Shown piece by piece: positions 9,799 to 20,814 of a stretch of 32,000 nt of DNA. The translations under genes and the position numbers were made by a program. The notes below the pieces were generated by a model. It did not search any database, was not told the origin of the DNA, and saw only the letters and a list, made by a program, of their open reading frames with translations. How positions within the stretch are numbered: position 1 is the stretch's first letter; each line of letters opens with the position of its first letter. Source of the stretch: Wallemia ichthyophaga EXF-994 (Eukaryota > Fungi > Basidiomycota); assembly GCF_000400465.1 (NCBI RefSeq), contig NW_008806284.1:300001-332000 (forward strand), written 5' to 3'.

Positions 9799-11217
9799 TT
9801 ATATGATTTTATGGGAATGTATTGAAAAGAAAAGGAAAGCTCTGTACTTTCTCATTTAGATCTCATTTAACACATTCTTGCGTCACTTTATCGTGGTAAG
9901 ATAGAGAGCCGGCATAAGGAAGCATTTTTAGCTGGGGCAGTTTCGTGGATACCCGAAGACTATCATTGGAGATACTAACGCTAAAGTGAATGGTGTGTTA
10001 TACCGTTGTAGTGATTAGCCAAGCGAAATACAAAACGCGATAAATCCCGAAGAATGTGGAAGTAGCTTGTTTTTGGACTGTTAGGCATTTACACCACATC
10101 AAGCTAGCTTTGGCGAGGATTGTCTGATATTCAAGACAGCAAGACGATTGGTCATAATGTGATCACGACGCACATCCTCGAAGTATCCCAAAATGATAAG
10201 ATGAGGTGTAGAAAACGAAGCTTCAATTACTCGCATTACTAGAAGTAGCCATCTGGCCGACATGTAACTGGAACCCCTCTCGATTTCTAAGAGTAACTTC
10301 AACGCACCCAACAATTATAATAGCATGGGTATCACGACATTTGAAGCGATCAAATGACCTCTTTCAGAATTCTAATTCATCTATTGTTACAGTTCATAAA
10401 GATTTCTGGCAACATTGCGCGACGGTTCAATGTGAATCTGAAAGTCAAAGCTACAGAGCGAATGCATCTTGTAAAGATTTATATCGGATCAAGCCCCTGC
10501 TGATAATCGAGTGGAGCTCAGAGTAAGATGGATTTATTTTATACCTTTGCCGAGGCAGTCAAACCGCCAAACTTTATCTAAAAAACCAGCCGTCTGGTCT
10601 CATATTGCTCCGACAAGATGGAGCATTTTGACAGCTTTGATCACTGATTCGTAACTGAAGCTGGCCACTGACATGTCATGAAACTAATAAACTTAATTAA
10701 ATCCGCTCCGCTGGCCGTTGATCGGCAAATATCCAATCGAGGACTTCATAACCGTTCATTTTGACAGCACCCTCAAATGTTGCCAGGAACTAGCCGCTTG
10801 TAGGACGTATGAAGCGCATTAGAAAATATCAGAAATCGCGAGTAAGTGTGTGAATCCATATTTTTTAGATTGATTCACGTCTTGACTGAGTGTAGAAATG
10901 GGTGACTGAATTGCGTATGATGTATGCAAGAGTAAGACAATGAAGCAGTAGCATAGAAAATTTTCGAAAGCATTTGTGGTTGTTTTACAGTCACTCTGTA
11001 TGAAGATAAAGGGGTCTGTTGATAGACGTGCATAAGCAGCAATGAATAGCAGCGACTGAAACATCTTATAGAAGTATGACGTTTGTGGAAATTGACCTCA
11101 GCCAGGTTTGCTTGATGTGATGACTAAATGCTGAACAAATACACTCATTAACACCGTGAACGGCTATGAGGATCCCTAGTATACCAAAATACAGTTTTAC
11201 TTGACTATATCAGCCTG

Positions 11218-11830
11218 GAGCTCTTACAGCAACAGAAGCTTTCCAACAACAAAATGTCCTTATTACAATACTATATATGCTCATATATACCCTTAATTTG
11301 CGCCACATAATGCTTCAGCCTCGTTAGCTTGGCAGAATGACGAGATGTGACTATAGCAGAAGAATCATCAGCCCAGCTGGCTTTATAAGAAGCGCTATAT
11401 CTCTCTTGCTTTTCTACATCCCAAAAGACAGAAATGTACTTCAACACCGCCAAAGCTCTCGCCGTTCTTGCATTCACTGGCACCATCGCATCAGCAGCAG
11501 TCACACAACCAGACAACATCGCCCGTCGCAGAGATGAGAAAGACGCCAACGCCATCAAAGACCACAAGGATGACTACAACTATGGTAATGGTGTCGATTC
11601 CAAGAATGACAACAACCACGGCAAATACGACAAGCAAGACAAGCTATCTCACGAAGAGGCACTCAAGAAGCATCGCGAGGAAGTTGAGAAGCAAATCAAG
11701 CTGAACAATGAGGCTGCTGAGAAGAACAAAGCGGATGTCAAGGTTGGTTGAAGTGATGTTTGGTGAAAATCAGCTTACACTGTTTTACCAGAAGACAGAC
11801 GAATACTGGAAGTCTGACAAGAAAGATGAC
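11218..11830 (+). repeat. Near-identical segment (promoter, exon 1, intron) duplicated in inverted orientation at about 30250-30859
   Basis: Identity starts abruptly at GAGCTCT (11218 versus 30859) and continues through the TATA-rich promoter, exon 1 and the intron into EYWKSDKK. Confidence 0.95.
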
Positions 11831-12448
11831 AGCGATGAAATCAACTATAAGAAGCACGATGGTAAGCACGACAGTAACGACGAGAAACAAGATAGCAAGT
11901 ATGTCAACAAGAAGTCCAGCCATATCAAGCACGAGGATGATCGTTATGGTGGCAACGACAAGAAGCACAGCGGCGATAAACACAGCGACAACAAAAAGGA
12001 AGAGGATAACAAATACCACATGAAACATGACGACCAAATTTCAAGCGGTAAGAAGCATAGCAACAACGACATGAAGCATGACGACAAGATGGACAAAAAA
12101 GTGAAGCACGAAAATAATGATAAGAAGCATGATAATGAGGATTTCAGCGGTAGCAAGAAGCACGATGACAATAAATACAACGAAAAGACGTCTGGGAACA
12201 ACATTAAGATTCATGACAACGACATGAAACACGACGATGGCAAGTACGATGATAGAAAGTTAACTGAGAACAATTACGGCAGTAACGACAAGACGCACGA
12301 TAGTGACGTTGAACACGGCAACAACGGCAAGAATCAAGGTGACAAGAAGCATTACAATAAGCACAACGAAAACGACAAAAAGGCCGAGAACAAAAACGGC
12401 GAGAAGAACAACAACAAATACGACGACGAAAATAATGAAAAGAATTAA
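11434..12448 (+). CDS. Secreted His/Asp/Lys/Asn-rich hydrophilic repeat protein, copy A (321 aa). Exons 11434-11742 and 11792-12448
   Basis: Signal peptide MYFNTAKALAVLAFTGTIASA, dibasic site IARRR, a 49-nt phase-0 intron 11743-11791 (GTTGGT...TACCAG), then many KH(D/S/E/G)-type motifs. Confidence 0.85.
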
Positions 12449-12513
12449 GCATGCTGATCACTGCACATAGTAATCTTTCTGAATCATGTATTGAATCACG
12501 AATGAACTAAATT

Positions 12514-12577
12514 GTCTTGAATATGAACGAAATTGGAACCAAAAAGTCTTGAATATAAATGCAATTGGAACCAAAAA
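12514..12577. repeat. 32-bp tandem direct repeat, two copies (29/32 identical)
   Basis: GTCTTGAATATGAACGAAATTGGAACCAAAAA followed by GTCTTGAATATAAATGCAATTGGAACCAAAAA. Confidence 0.9.
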
Positions 12578-12841
12578 TTCTTAGCAGATGTTCTAGCACA
12601 GCCACGGCAAGTAAATCTGCAGTACGCTGATACTTGTTGCGCCGAATGAGCTTGAGCCGAAGCGATCCGCGCAGCAGCGTAAGGAAAAAGTTTACTGGCC
12701 GGGAGAAACCCAAAAATAATTAATGTAATTCGTAAAGGGGAGCTCTGCGAACGGCAGGATTCCTGCGTTCGTCCGTCGGCCAATTTACACGGCCAAAAAA
12801 AGAACGAGCAGCACCCTTATATAGACGAGGGAGGATGAAAT

Positions 12842-13468
12842 TTGGAGTGTTCATCAACATCCAAAACAAGAAACATGCCAGCAGCTACAGCAGCAAAAAT
12901 ACCGATCCCCATATTCTCGAGCAGCATCCAGGGCTTCGATCCATGTACGGCGTGGTGTCCAACGCTCCATTTAACGACGCACTCTTCTATAACGAGCAGC
13001 GGTGAGCTACTCGTGGATGTGCTGCAGTTCAACGAGACTATTGCAACGATATCGCTCAAACCTAATGGCAGGGGAGGACTCGGTAGATTTGGATATCTCG
13101 AAATGCAATTCGATAAAGAGATACATATGATGCCTGATACCGGATACAGCGCTCTTAGTGCGAGTCCACCGCGCATCTCAACGCCCTACCTCTCCACAGC
13201 GAAATGTGTTGGAAACGTAATACGCACCCAGAAAGAAGTCCTGGCGGATTTTGTGGAGAACAAGGAGAAGACACACCCGCTATTCAGAAGCATGAGGTCG
13301 AAGGCACACCAAAATCGATCATTCATCAACATCTACAAGGATGAAGCGGTGAATGGAGTTGAGTGTTTTATTCTGATAGTGTGTCGCAAGCTTTTCGCGG
13401 GTATAGGGTTGAATGAGAAAGCGCACCCACCGCACAAGACAAGCCATCACAAAAGCGTCAAGGTGTGA
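12842..13468 (+). CDS. Hypothetical protein (about 200 aa), no family recognised
   Basis: A 208-codon open frame with globular composition, preceded by a TATA-like CTTATATAG at about 12817. The start could be ATG 12875 (MPAATAAK). Confidence 0.55.
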   Translation: MECSSTSKTRNMPAATAAKIPIPIFSSSIQGFDPCTAWCPTLHLTTHSSITSSGELLVDVLQFNETIATISLKPNGRGGLGRFGYLEMQFDKEIHMMPDTGYSALSASPPRISTPYLSTAKCVGNVIRTQKEVLADFVENKEKTHPLFRSMRSKAHQNRSFINIYKDEAVNGVECFILIVCRKLFAGIGLNEKAHPPHKTSHHKSVKV

Positions 13469-13671
13469 GGGGGATGTAGGCAGTCTACGCTCATCCCACC
13501 AGTCAATTTATATCCAGTCAGTCCTACTAAACCATCCCCGCTAATCTAGCAATTCTGCAATCTAACAAAAATGCATTTAAGGCGTATATGAGATGCGTAT
13601 CGTGATGAATTATATTATGAAGATCTAAAAATGGCTTGCGGTTATGATATATTTGCTTCGTCTGTCTGCAA

Positions 13672-14212
13672 CTACACGATGCGATATGTGATCTGTTCGA
13701 CAAACATGTTGCTACTATACTTGGTATTATACAGTGCACTCTGCAATTCGAAAACGAAGCTATATAGTGTGAGATTGTGAATCATACACATAAGACACCC
13801 ACCTATTCAGATAATCTTTCTCCTGCTCCAGATCTGCATTGCTCTTCTTAAGCAGCAGCACCTCCTCCTTGAGCTGCGCCGTGATACGCTGACGCGCGCG
13901 AAAGTTAGCAACGTTTTGGCGATTGCGTTCTTTGCGCGTCTGTCTCGTGGACACCTGCTTCCCAACACTTGGTGACGGTGTTTTAGATGTTTTTGCGGAG
14001 CAAGACTCGGAGGAGGCATCTAAGCGCGAGTGGGAGTCTGAGAACTGAGAATCTTCTGCTTTTAACATGTTTGGGAAGGGGTGAGCTGTGGATTCTATAG
14101 TGCGCATCAGCTGCAATGTCCTTGACTCTACGCACGACGTACGGCATCCTTCCACTCTTACTGGGTATGCGTAATTTGCCACTGCTGCCGCTGAATTGTG
14201 GGACATTATCAT
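13672..14212 (-). CDS. bZIP transcription factor 1. Exons 14212-13803 and 13759-13672
   Basis: Basic region RKERNRQNVANFRARQR. A 43-nt phase-2 intron 13802-13760 extends the heptads: LKEEVLL-LKKSNAD-LEQEKDY-LNSFVFE-LQSAL. The 5' end is uncertain. Confidence 0.72.
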
Positions 14213-14778
14213 CGGGTGTAAACTATTAAAGAGCTGATGCAGCTTTTATGGACGCTTCAGCCCCTTGTGTTTCTCATTTTTTGGGGTGCCGCTGAACCAA
14301 ATGACAAATCTAGGCACACGGAGAGTGAGAGGGGAAAATTGCCCTGAGGAGCGATGGAGGGAGAACTTATGAAATTCTGCAGCTAATGCGCCGTGTGCGG
14401 ATGTCAAATGAGACGTATTTGCTGTTTTTCTGCACCTTGGGATACACGCTGCAAGCACTACATTCAAGTTAGGAACGATTATGTGCCTTATACCAGCTAA
14501 TAAAACTAAGGAGTCAAATTAAACTGGGCCAAGAACTTTCGGGAGGCATTTGATGCTTCCAGAAAAAGCCACCAAATGTTACCAAAAGCTACCGCTGTGG
14601 AGATGGCCGAGAGCTGAAGTGGAGAGATGTCGAATAAGCCTAGAGTATAGATATTTTGACGGATATCTGGTAGTACAAAATATTAATTGGCCGATCTAGC
14701 AGCCAGAATGTGAGATATGCGGGTGTAGAATACACAGTGATATTGGGACATAGCGTTTGTATGACTACCGTAATTTTT

Positions 14779-15464
14779 CTAGAAGATCCTTTGTGTGTAC
14801 ATATTGCCCCCCTCATAATGGCCCTGCTGCTCGAGTGAAAGGCGTCTATTCTCATCCTTTAGCGCGAGATTCTCCCTCTGTAGGCGCACTCGCTCCCGCT
14901 TCAGCCAGTCGTTTTCCATCTGCAGTGACTCTGTTTTGTACTGCTGACGGATTCTGAATCTACTCGCAGCCTGCTTGTTCCTCTCGCGCTGCTGGAGCTT
15001 CTTATCGGCGTCGTTGGTATCTGAGATATTGTGCTGGGTAGTAGTGCTGTTGCTGCCGAGACTATCTGCGGTACTGGCATTGGTATTGGTATTTAAGGAT
15101 GACTTCCTGCTCGAAGTCGCATTGCTGCCTTCAGATTCATACGAGCTGCGACGCGATCTGGCGAACGAGGGTTGCTGATGTATGTAGTGCGGCAGCGCGA
15201 ATGGCGGTATCTCTCTTTCCGGTGCTAGGGTATTTCTATGTTAGAGACATAGCCGAGACGCACGCCACTCACAGGCTTTAATACCGGTAAATCCGTTGGC
15301 GGGGTATGTTTGGTAAAAGGGACTTAAATAGGAGGATTCTTGGTGGGAATGTTAGCTGAGTGAGACGTCAACACATCTCACTCACCCTGCTGCGCTGTAC
15401 AACTCGCGCTGGTCGCATTTGAGTTGCCGGGGCTGTCGTTGTAATTGGTTTTGGTTTTGGACAT
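14779..15464 (-). CDS. bZIP transcription factor 2 (196 aa; absent from the ORF track). Exons 15464-15386, 15338-15273, 15224-14779
   Basis: KKLQQRERNKQAASRFRIRQQYKTESLQMENDWLKRERVRLQRENLALKDENRRL has canonical N-x7-R-x9-L spacing. Introns are 47 and 48 nt (GTGAGT donors, CTAAC branch sites), and the exons sum to 591 nt. Confidence 0.8.
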
Positions 15465-16387
15465 TTGAACATGAACGTATGATCAGAACCAGCTGTCGAT
15501 GGCTTTGTTCAGATCGCCCTCCGATTTTAATCAGATTGATGATCTGGTAACGCAACCCACTCGCGTGTTCGCTTAATGAAGGCAGTGCCTTATGGATGGA
15601 GAAAGCGCGTGGCTATGTTTGTGTATTGCTTCATTTTACTTCCATTCCACGCTCTTCCTCACATGCCTATCTTCGCGGCAGCAAATTTAATATAAATGGT
15701 CAGATGAGAATGCATGGACACAATCCGAGAAGGGGAAAATAATTGCAACGTGTACCAAACAGCCACGGGATATCGTGGATTCTTTTTTGATCCAAAAGTA
15801 AGCGTTTTGAATCCTCCGAGGACTCAACCCGGAGAAGAGGCATTAGTCCGAGATGCGCCAGGGTATTTTTGGCGCTGGAGGCTTCTGGACGTAAATTGAG
15901 TTTTCATGCACATACACAATTACGCACCCATGTTTACATCACAAAACCTCCGATAGTCCAAATTGCATTCTAAATATATCTCCGATAAAAAGGACAGAGA
16001 ATCAAATACATATCCATGACAGCGCTGAAAGCAGTCCCACGATTCTCCCGCATACGCCAACATACCACCGCGCCATGTGACATAAATCTTCAATATGTAA
16101 ACATCAAGTGGAGGTTAGTCAGCTATGACTAAACATCCCGTGGCGGGTAAGAAGTGGGTGTAAGGATCTTTAGGGGATTACTGTCCAAAACAACAAGATT
16201 GTGCTATTGTTTTTGAAAATTGGCCGCGGAAATGAAGCTGCCAATGCTGGGGATGCATATGCATGATTTCATCTGTCCGATCAGTGCGGAAGTGAATAAG
16301 CAAGTGTGAAAGCTGCCGCTCAGGCGCTCAAGCCAGAGCCCGAGCCCAAGCCATAGCGTCCACGTCTTCTCCTCCTTCTCAACATCG

Positions 16388-17176
16388 ATGAGCGTCGATA
16401 TTGATTACACCAAGCTCGATCAAAGCCTGGCAGACAATCTGCTCAGCATTCTCAATGAGCGTCTCGAAGAGATGCAGAAACCATCGATCCTCGGCCACAT
16501 CGAGTTTACGAATCTGAGTTGGTGGGTTTGAAGATGGCGGGAGATGCGCACCGCTGACGCATCCGCAAGGGGAGATATGGCGCCTGATATTGAACTGGAG
16601 GAAATTGGAGAGCTTTCTGAGGAGTTCAACGAGAGCGATGAGGAGGACGTGAATGGTGAGGATGAGGCGCACGAGGCGGCAGATCTCAAACACCCGGCAC
16701 AAATTAGAGACAGCAACAACAACCACAACGCCAGTGAATCACAACCCAAAAGAGCCTCCTCAACAATCCCAAATATGCAGATACAGTTGCGCATTACGCA
16801 CGAATCAGATATGCGTTTAACGCTGCTCACGAATCTTCTCGTAAACTTCCCAAGTCCAGGCTTTATGAGTTTGCCCGTCAAACTCGCAGTGCGGGGGATT
16901 GTGCTCCACTCGAAAGCCATCATCGGCATCGACAGCCAGAGACGCCAGGTGCATTTCTCACTGGTAGAGCCATACGACGAGAACAGCGAGGATGACGACG
17001 ATGTACAGAATCACATTCTCCAGAGTCTAGTCGTCGAGAGTGAGATTGGGGATGTGGACAGACACACACTCAAGAATGTGCGCAAGGTCGAGAATTTCGT
17101 ACTCGAATACCTGCGTAATCTTCTCAATAACGAGATTGTATGGCCCAATTACCACACGTTCATTCTCGATGATTAG
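16388..17176 (+). CDS. MDM12: ERMES complex SMP-domain subunit Mdm12. Exons 16388-16521 and 16570-17176
   Basis: MSVDIDYTKLDQSLADNLLSILNERL...KPSILGHIEFTNLSW|GDMAPDIELEEI; LLTNLLVNFPSPGFMSLPVKLAVRGI; VESEIGDVDRHTLKNVRKVENFVLEYLRNLLNNEIVWPNYHT. A 48-nt intron lies at 16522-16569. Confidence 0.93.
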
Positions 17177-17476
17177 CGTGTGCGATTGGCAGGGGAGTTG
17201 CACAAAATATACCACAAGCACAGCAAAAACATAGCTCGATTGTATAGAATACTCAATGAATTTGTATATTAGACGGCTCGAGGCGAGCGCGGAGACTACT
17301 ACGGATACATCTCGCAGCTAGCACAAGAAGAATTTGAGAAGACAGCACAGTTAATAAAAGGGCTAAAACACCTACACGCGCCTCTAATATACTCTCACTC
17401 GATTTTAAATATTTTGAAAATTTGGTGACGAGAAGACTTTTTCGATGTGAGTTTCTTAGACCGCAACAGCTTCAGC

Positions 17477-17631
17477 GTGAGTAGAATTTTGAAGCAGGGA
17501 GAGTACGCAGGGTTAGAGAAGCCATGTGGAATTGCTGAGCTTGTTTTTCATACTTTGGTTGTTTTTCTTACTTGGCTTGCTCGCTTTCGTACTCCCCAGC
17601 ACCTACAAACACATCACTAACAAATCCACAG
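17477..17631 (+). other. 5'-UTR intron of RPL5 (155 nt; alternative donor at 17447) containing a predicted long hairpin
   Basis: GTGAGT donors at 17447 and 17477, ACTAAC branch site at 17616-17621, and CAG acceptor at 17629-17631, 4 nt before the ATG. Complementary arms lie at 17494-17524 and 17573-17600. Confidence 0.65.
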
Positions 17632-17635
17632 TAAC

Positions 17636-18580
17636 ATGCCATTCGGTAAATAGACCTACTGTACACTTGCCACACCTCCTAACAAACCCTTAGTCAAGGA
17701 AGCCAAGAGCAACGCTTACTTCTCTCGCTACCAAGTCAAGTACCGTAGACGTCGTGAGGGAAAGACCGACTTCTACGCTCGTAAGCGCCTTGTGACCCAA
17801 GCCAAGAACAAGTACAACGCACCAAAGTACAGACTTGTCGTCAGATTCACCAACACCAACATCATCTGTCAAATTGTCTCTTCAAAACTTCAAGGTGACG
17901 TTACTTTGACCCAAGCTAGTGCACGCGAGCTTCCAAACTATGGTATGAAGAACGGTCTCACATCATGGACTGCAGCCTACGCTGTTGGTCTCCTCGTCGC
18001 CAGAAGAGCGCTCACCAAGCTCGGTTTGGCCGACAAGTACGAGGGTGATGTCGAAGCCACCGGTGAATACAGTCTCACTGAGCCACTCGGTGATGACGAG
18101 CCAAGACCATTCAAGGTCTTCCTTGACGTCGGTCTTAAGCGTACCTCCACCGGTTCCAAGGTCTTTGGTGCCCTCAAGGGTGCCTCAGACGGTGGTCTCT
18201 ACGTCCCACACTCCGAAAACCGTTTCCCAGGTTACGACATTGAGTCCAAGGAGCTCGATGCTGAGATTCTCCAAAAGTACATCATTGGTGGTCACATTGC
18301 TGAGTACATGGAGTCTCTTGAGGAGGAAGATGAAGAGAGATTCAAGAAGCAATTCTCTCGTTACCTTGCCGACGGTGTTGGCTCCGATGACATAGAAGAC
18401 ATTGTCTCCAACACCCACGAGGCCATCAGAGCCAACCCAGAGTACAAAAAGACTGAAAAGAGCAAGGACTGGGCTTCCGAGAGCAAGAAACACAAGGCTA
18501 CTAAGCTCACTAAGCAACAACGTGATGCTGGTATCCAACAACGTATCCAGTACTTCCAACAAGCTGAGAACGCTGAGTAA
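17636..18580 (+). CDS. RPL5: 60S ribosomal protein L5 (uL18). Exons 17636-17645 and 17694-18580
   Basis: MPFV|KEAKSNAYFSRYQVKYRRRREGKTDFYARKRLVTQAKNKYNAPKYRLVVRFTN...LDVGLKRTSTGSKVFGALKGASDGGLYVPHSENRFPG. There is a 48-nt intron at 17646-17693 and strong codon bias. Confidence 0.99.
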
Positions 18581-19145
18581 ACTCTCTTGTAGCATGCTCT
18601 TATATATTAACTGTCTGTTGTTTTACATGAGTTTGAAGGTGTGGTTGATGTGTTTGAATTATATGAAATTTTTAATCTCTCATTAAAGCGGAAGCCTAGG
18701 TAGACCTAATGAATAATTTAAGCAACCAGTTGATTCATTTTCAAACCTTGTACCGCTTGTGTTGCTTTTAGAAATGGAACACGTGGAGAATATTTTGGAC
18801 ACGCGGAGAGATCAACGAGAATGCAATACCGGATAAGAAAGTGAGTTTTTGAGGCCAAGCATACGTATGGTATTGCTAAAAACTTCACGTTCACGTGTCG
18901 GAGTAATGGACAAGTAGTTAAGAGCTCAGCTTCAGCACATTTCCTCTTTTCAGTCTTGACATGGATAGTTGAGGACAATTGGTGGACACTGAATACTAGA
19001 TGAAGATACTAGACACTCGTGGACATTTAGTTGAAAGTACTTGCCTTAGCTGTCTTGGGAGCTGATCTTACATTATAGGTTGTGGCTACCTCGCCACTGG
19101 CATGTCTTCTCTATCACATATGCGCTTTATAATTTTCAGTTGCCT

Positions 19146-19538
19146 TCACTGTATGCTCACTCCTCTAAACCACTCCACAAAACCTGGCTGATCCGTGCGT
19201 GTATGGGCTTGGCATAATTTAGAAAATAATAAATCCCAAAAAGTAGAGGAAATGAATCTGACCAAGGCATAGTCTACTAACTTTAATTCAAACTTCGTCA
19301 TGACTTGGGTTGATGGTATTGAAGATGAAGACGCCAAAGCTGCTGAAACCGTTGGCATTTCTGAAGGCCTTGTATCATTAACTAGTGCTCTGATTTCATA
19401 TGGAAGATTGTTTGAGTCATTGTGACGCAAAATACCAGTGTTTGTGTGTACATAAGTCTCGGATGCGAGCAACTCTATGATTTTGGCCGTTTTCGAATGT
19501 AGCATCTTCATAAAAAGCAAGGTCTTGGTCGCCTTCAA
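19146..19538 (-). CDS. Possible exon of a spliced hypothetical gene
   Basis: A 130-codon frame with a plausible GTGAGC donor near its 3' end. No family recognised and the exon structure is unresolved. Confidence 0.25.
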   Translation of the reverse strand: MKATKTLLFMKMLHSKTAKIIELLASETYVHTNTGILRHNDSNNLPYEIRALVNDTRPSEMPTVSAALASSSSIPSTQVMTKFELKLVDYALVRFISSTFWDLLFSKLCQAHTRTDQPGFVEWFRGVSIQ

Positions 19539-20814
19539 GAGTTACATCTTCCTCGACAGGTGGATATGGCTCAGAAACTTGGAAGGCGACCTCTGAAACT
19601 GCAGTAAAAGTGCTAGAGAGCTACTTGTCCATTACAAGACCAAACCCGCCATAGATTACAATTGCTCGTATAAAAGCAACGCCGTCTGATTGAAACTTGC
19701 AAAGGTAGAATGATCAAAGGATAGCGAAGGGAAATGTTCAAGACACCGTTTTGGACCTGATCGAGAGGCGCGCAGAATTATTCAAATTCGTTAAACGCGG
19801 CGATCTTTGAAGCGGAAGGAAAATTAGGAAGTGGTGAGAGTAAACTTGTCAAAGGTTTAAACATAGTTATTTATTAACCTACCTTTATCTCCAACCACTG
19901 CTCCAGAGCTCAAAATTTGCATTCGAAGATCCCAGATAATGACAAACGCGTCTTGATTCCTATCATTTAGCCGAAATAAACACGTCAAAGTGAAAAGCCT
20001 CGACAAGTCCTATCATGCGCCCAAGTCTTCTTTTTAGAATACATGCGCAGCTTGACCTATCAATCATTTCTTAAGCCATGCATCCATGAACTTGTGCGAG
20101 GCAAATTACGGGAAGCAAGCTCATTAGCGGCGATTATCTGAGCACGCCTCCGCTGAAAAGATTCTCCTCTTTGAAGATTTTCAGACGAATATCGCCCTGC
20201 CCAAAGATCTCTTGGATACTTAAGTCCTGATTTGCAATAGCCCAAGATGACGAGATGTTTTAAAAGATTCAATTGTCACACATGATATTCATCGTCGTTC
20301 TAGCTATAGTCAGAGGACAATGTTCAACGGGTGCTGATGCTGTGGGAATTGAGTGCAAGCTTGCGACGGTGCTATCATTAAAGAACGTTAGTCTGAAATC
20401 TGCATTAAAGTTCAGACGATATGACGATGTGAAGACAGCAACGCCTTAATTCAATCATGGTGGAGGGCAATACATCAATTCACCAGATGATCAAGACATA
20501 TGCATAGGAATAGGGGTGAATTGCTAGATCTGTAGAGTTTCACTTACACGAAACACGATTGTATAGGTAATCTATTGTCGAAATACTTGAACAGCTCCTA
20601 GGCATAAGGTACAAGGCACGTCTCCTTCCAATTTATTCCGCTGGGCGAAGTTTAAGCTGAGTAGCTATGAAATCAACAGATAGGCATATAATAATTTAAA
20701 TATATTCATAATCCTGTCAACTTTGTTATACATACAATCAAGCTATCCTTATTATAGTAGAAATCAATAAATAGAAAGTCCTAAAGTGACGAGTGAAAGT
20801 GCAATGTCTCGCCG

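Noticed and set aside
9800-11200. Short ORFs 10099-10314, 10341-10526 and 10819-11064
   Set aside because: No motifs, no convincing splice model and no codon bias; treated as intergenic.
11271-12461. Hydrophobic or Cys-rich antisense ORFs over copy A, and likewise over copy B at 29787-30806
   Set aside because: Reverse-strand shadows of the K/D/H/N repeat codons.
17690-18686. Overlapping ORFs around RPL5
   Set aside because: Shadows caused by strong codon bias in RPL5.
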